Source: Sarea resinae
Taxonomy: Eukaryota
Assembly (NCBI GenBank): GCA_026026165.1
Contig: JAPEUD010000012.1
Span: forward strand, 1-64,000
Length of the DNA: 64,000 nt
Direction: 5' to 3'
This document shows positions 60,587 through 64,000 of the stretch, in pieces. The notes under the pieces were generated by a model. That model saw only the letters and a program-made list of their open reading frames with translations. It had not been told where the DNA came from and did no database searches. Position 1 is the first letter of the stretch, and the number at the start of each line of letters is the position of its first letter. The position numbers and the translations under genes are program-made.

Positions 60587-60623
60587 GAGCGCAGTTGAGC
60601 GCAGTTGAGCGCAGTTGAGCGCA
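60587..60623 (+). repeat. 10-bp tandem repeat GAGCGCAGTT x3.7
   Basis: Direct read, in a low-complexity intergenic region that also has C15 at 60755-60769. Confidence 0.85.
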
Positions 60624-61556
60624 CTTCAAGTACGACGAGGAGGAGGTGAAGGTGGAGGTGAGGACAGGGAGGAGGCGGAGGAGAAGGAGGAGAACAAAAT
60701 ACCGTGGAGAATAAGGGCACGACCCAAGAAATAGACCAAAATCCCCTTATCAATCCCCCCCCCCCCCCCTCGCGCGCCCCTCCTTTGAGTGTAAATATAC
60801 GACGACACACCCGTGTGTGCCGTGCGGGTGTGCGTGAATGCGTGTTCATATGTTCATATATTTATATGTTCATATGAGAGAAATGAGAAAAGTATATGGA
60901 AGTGCTAATGAGTTGGATTTCTTGCTTTTCCTATTTATGTATGTGTATGTGTATGTATATGAGGAAGCTTGCTCTATCAATCTAGGTAGGGCTTGTGTGT
61001 GTATAATGTGTGTATAACGTGTGTGTGGGTGATATATGCGCTCTCCTTCGCTGTCCAGAGAGATAGATAGAGGGATAGAGATAGAGATAGGGATCTTGGT
61101 GGGCCGTCCCTAGGGACCTACCTACCTTAGATACGTCTTGTTTAGTGTTTCCCGAGGTCGATGGATGAATGAGCTTCAGGAAAGGGGGGAAAGGGGGAGA
61201 CGTGTGCCGCTGTGCGGATAGCTTAAATAGCCCCCCATACCCTCCCCCCCAGCCTTCCGCATTCAACCCCTCATCCTCTTCCTCATCTTTATCCGCGTCC
61301 TTGACCGTCCTTTTTGAAATCCTGGTCCTCTCCTGTATACTTCTGGACTCAGCCACGCAACGCCCTATAGGTCTCGTAGCTCAAGGCCCTGTCTTCGCGT
61401 TGGGGTGATAGGACGGGAGGAATGGAAAAGGGATGGGTTGCTTGCTTCGTGTCGTCGTTTGTTGTATCTGTCTTGTTTGTCGTGTCTGTCGGGTGCACCT
61501 TGATTGTCTCGTTCATCGTGTCCGTCCGGGGCGCCTCGATGGTCGCAATAGTGAGA

Positions 61557-62837
61557 CTAGGACCCCTGCCCGATCATCACGCTCTCGCCGCCACCGTACC
61601 AGAGCGTCCCGCGCCGGCATTCTAGGCCCTTCTCTTCGCCGACGATCCACTCGCCTCCTTTGCCCCCTTCTCGTTCCTCCTCTGGTCCTTCCGCGGGCCA
61701 GTACTCCGAGCGCAACCACTCGTTGATGCCCTCGATACACTCGACCCACTTCGCCACCTTCTCCGCATCAACGGCAGAGTCGGCGGCCGAGACGCTAAAA
61801 TCCGACGAGGAGATGAATCGCGCGATCGTCAGGTGTGCCGAGGGCACGACGTAGCGCTGGTTTATCTTCACGGGCTTGCAGGGCGCCGGCGGACTGGTGA
61901 CGGCGGTGAAAAGGTCGCGTCGGAGGTGGTGGTAGGTGTATGCGTCGTCGTCGGCGATCCTCCCTGCGTTGCCATCCGTTTGGTTCCCGTTGATGCCATC
62001 ATCCGTGCGAGCCCCGGGGTCATCCGAGCTTAGCCCTTCTCCGGCGGCGGGTACGAACGAGAGAGCTAGTGCGGCGGCGTCGAAGGAGACCATGGGTTTC
62101 ACGAGTCTCGGGCGGTGTGTGAGGGTGTAATTGGTGAGGTCGTCGAGGTGCGGGGAGAGAGCGGCGATGAGCGAGGAGATCTCGGCTTCGGTGACGGAGA
62201 AGGCGAGTTCGAGCGCCGTGAGATGGAGATTTGGAGGGGGCATTGTCCAGAGATCTGGATGGCACATGGACACGGACGAGTTTAGATTGGGACCATAGTT
62301 TATGCTTGCGGGGGCCGGGGGCCGGGGGATAGGGAGGGTCTCGACGTACGAGGTGCTACTGCTAGTAGTTTCTGCTGTATCGCAGCGACGAGAGACCGGA
62401 TGCGTTGGGGCGGTCGCGCCCACAGTGTGAGGCAATGTCTGTCGTCCTCCCAGCCGGGCTCGAGGCTTGGGTCGACAATGCGCTGGAGGTGTGGATCTAA
62501 GATCGGGCCCTGGAAGTCGGGTGACAGGAGCTTGCTGCGTTGGAGGGCGTTGCGCGCAGTGCGATGTTTGGCGTAGAGGGATTGGAGGGTCCCCTTTTGC
62601 AGAGTGAGATGTTAGTGGGACTTCTGTAGATGATGGGTAGGGGCAAGAAAAAGATGGAGAGCAGGCTTGCGGGGGGAGAGGGGGAGGGGGCTTTACAGGA
62701 TCGTTGTTTGACGCACTGATGAGGGCGTCGTATGGATTTCCTGATGGCAAAGAGGAGGTGGGCGTAGAGATGCCGGTCAGGTCTTCGTATTTGTTCTGCG
62801 AGTCCGCGGACGGGAAAGGTGAACTGGGGGCGGGCAT
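61557..62837 (-). CDS. 2H phosphoesterase (RNA ligase/cyclic nucleotide phosphodiesterase-like) fungal protein, with introns
   Basis: Two HxT motifs (NLHLTALEL, SAHLTIARF), RLVKPMVSFDAAALALSFVPAAGE, YTYHHLRRDL, GLECRRGTLWYGGG. The ORF track reads through two introns and has the middle exon out of frame. Confidence 0.8.
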   Translation of the reverse strand: MPAPSSPFPSADSQNKYEDLTGISTPTSSLPSGNPYDALISASNNDPVKPPPPLPPQACSPSFSCPYPSSTEVPLTSHSAKGDPPIPLRQTSHCAQRPPTQQAPVTRLPGPDLRSTPPAHCRPKPRARLGGRQTLPHTVGATAPTHPVSRRCDTAETTSSSTSYVETLPIPRPPAPASINYGPNLNSSVSMCHPDLWTMPPPNLHLTALELAFSVTEAEISSLIAALSPHLDDLTNYTLTHRPRLVKPMVSFDAAALALSFVPAAGEGLSSDDPGARTDDGINGNQTDGNAGRIADDDAYTYHHLRRDLFTAVTSPPAPCKPVKINQRYVVPSAHLTIARFISSSDFSVSAADSAVDAEKVAKWVECIEGINEWLRSEYWPAEGPEEEREGGKGGEWIVGEEKGLECRRGTLWYGGGESVMIGQGS

Positions 62838-63223
62838 CTCGTGTAGGTGTAGAGGGTAAAGAGTCGGATGCTATGTAGTTGGGTGAGGAGCGGAAAAGTC
62901 TACAGTAAACGCAAATGCCTCAAAGGGCGTAAAGATAGAAGCGGAAAGCGAGACAAGGTGGTCATGAGAATTGAGGATCGTCTATGTCATATATTGTGAA
63001 GATTCAAGAGAGCATCTTGGACGGCATATGAGATTGGCAGCCCACGTTGCGGTTCTATTATTGGATGTCCGTGCTTTGGGCTTCGGCGCAAACTGATAAG
63101 ATAAGGGTACATTGACGCACGCAAGGGTCCAACACCCTGAGAGACACCCAAAAGAAGCACACAGCACGACAACGGTATTGGCACCGTCGTACACTACAGC
63201 ATCATTTCCAGCATCGTTTTCTA

Positions 63224-64000
63224 CTACAGCATCGATTTCTTGAGACTACTCTGTCTAAGTCGACTCAAATCATTCACTCGCGCCCAATCATACCACTCCT
63301 TGATCTTCCCCACCAGCCCGTCAATCTCGTCCACCGTGTTCCCCGCATGCAGACATATCCGTACTCGTTCGCCACCTGGCGGTACTGTAGGAGGCACGAT
63401 GCCTCGGACCATGAACCCTGCCTTTTGGCAATAATTGGCAAGACTGTGGGGATAGGGTGTTATAACGAAGAAGATGGGCGACTTGGGACACTCCGGCGGG
63501 ACTCGGAGGAGGGTGATCCCATTGATTTTGTCTGTAAGATCAAGGGTCAGGAGGGTCGTGTAGAGATGCTGGAGCAAGTTTTGCAGCCGTGCTTGGAGCT
63601 TTTAAAAGTGTCAGACTAAAAGGCCTGAAGGATCATCTACAGACGTCTGGCGACGTACCGGGATTATTTCGCCTCTCCTCAAAAGGTTGTATGCCGCTCT
63701 AATGGCTGCTAGAGATGGAAATGACATGGACGTTGTATAAATTAGAGAGCGCGCGTAGTTCAGGAGATATTGCCGTGTAAGACTAGAACACAGTAGAATT
63801 GCTGAATACGTCAGAGAGACTCCACGAATAAGAGTAGAGACATTTACCTCCACCTGAACCTAAAGCCTTCCCAAAGGTATGAAGGCGAGCAAAGACTCTC
63901 TTTTCAAGACCTAATTCGCACACTCGGCCACGACCCGAAGGCCCAAATACGCCAGTTGAATGAGCTTCATCCACGACAATGTAGCCATTTCCCAATGGCA
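63224..64000 (-). CDS. bioF: 8-amino-7-oxononanoate synthase, 3' part (runs off the window)
   Basis: IVVDEAHSTG, LHTFGKALG (PLP lysine), YLLNYARSLIYTT, IVPPTVP, RVRICLHAGNT. Confidence 0.92.

Noticed and set aside
59060..60849. Long minus-strand ORFs (363 aa and 419 aa) over SCJ1
   Set aside because: Antisense shadows of a GC3-rich coding strand, extended into low-complexity DNA; no motifs.
1..64000. tRNA, rRNA or riboswitch genes
   Set aside because: None recognised by eye; tRNAscan-SE/Infernal would be needed to exclude them.

Overview
Left end of a chromosome from a filamentous ascomycete (Pezizomycotina-type genes with short spliceosomal introns). It has four zones. (1) A (CCCTAA)21 telomere (1-126) abuts a TpA-rich, RIP-mutated subtelomere (to ~3.0 kb). 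This holds a relic telomere-linked helicase (DUF3505/TLH-type) gene that the telomere cuts off mid-ORF. (2) An apparently intact 9-gene cluster (3.7-23.5 kb) encodes two Zn2Cys6 transcription factors, an FAH-family hydrolase, an atypical PDC-family ThDP decarboxylase, a SnoaL/NTF2-like protein, a VOC extradiol-dioxygenase-like protein, a PTS1-bearing acetoacetyl-CoA synthetase, a TfdB/PheA-type FAD monooxygenase and an O-methyltransferase. This is most simply read as a self-contained phenol/resorcinol (possibly orcinol-type) meta-cleavage pathway and is the best candidate for an undescribed system. (3) An accessory zone (24-50.7 kb) has several pseudogenes (SET-MYND, trypsin-fold protease-like, Upf1-like helicase, C2H2 protein), a divergent F-box/NACHT-ankyrin NLR pair, a small secreted Cys-rich protein, a PTR2 transporter and an orphan 4-exon gene absent from the ORF track. 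(4) Core-like genes follow: Vps62-like, TFIIIC subunit-6-domain protein, small cytochrome b5, SCJ1, a 2H phosphoesterase and the 3' part of bioF. Gene models were spliced by eye and family calls come from remembered motifs; no database searches were run.
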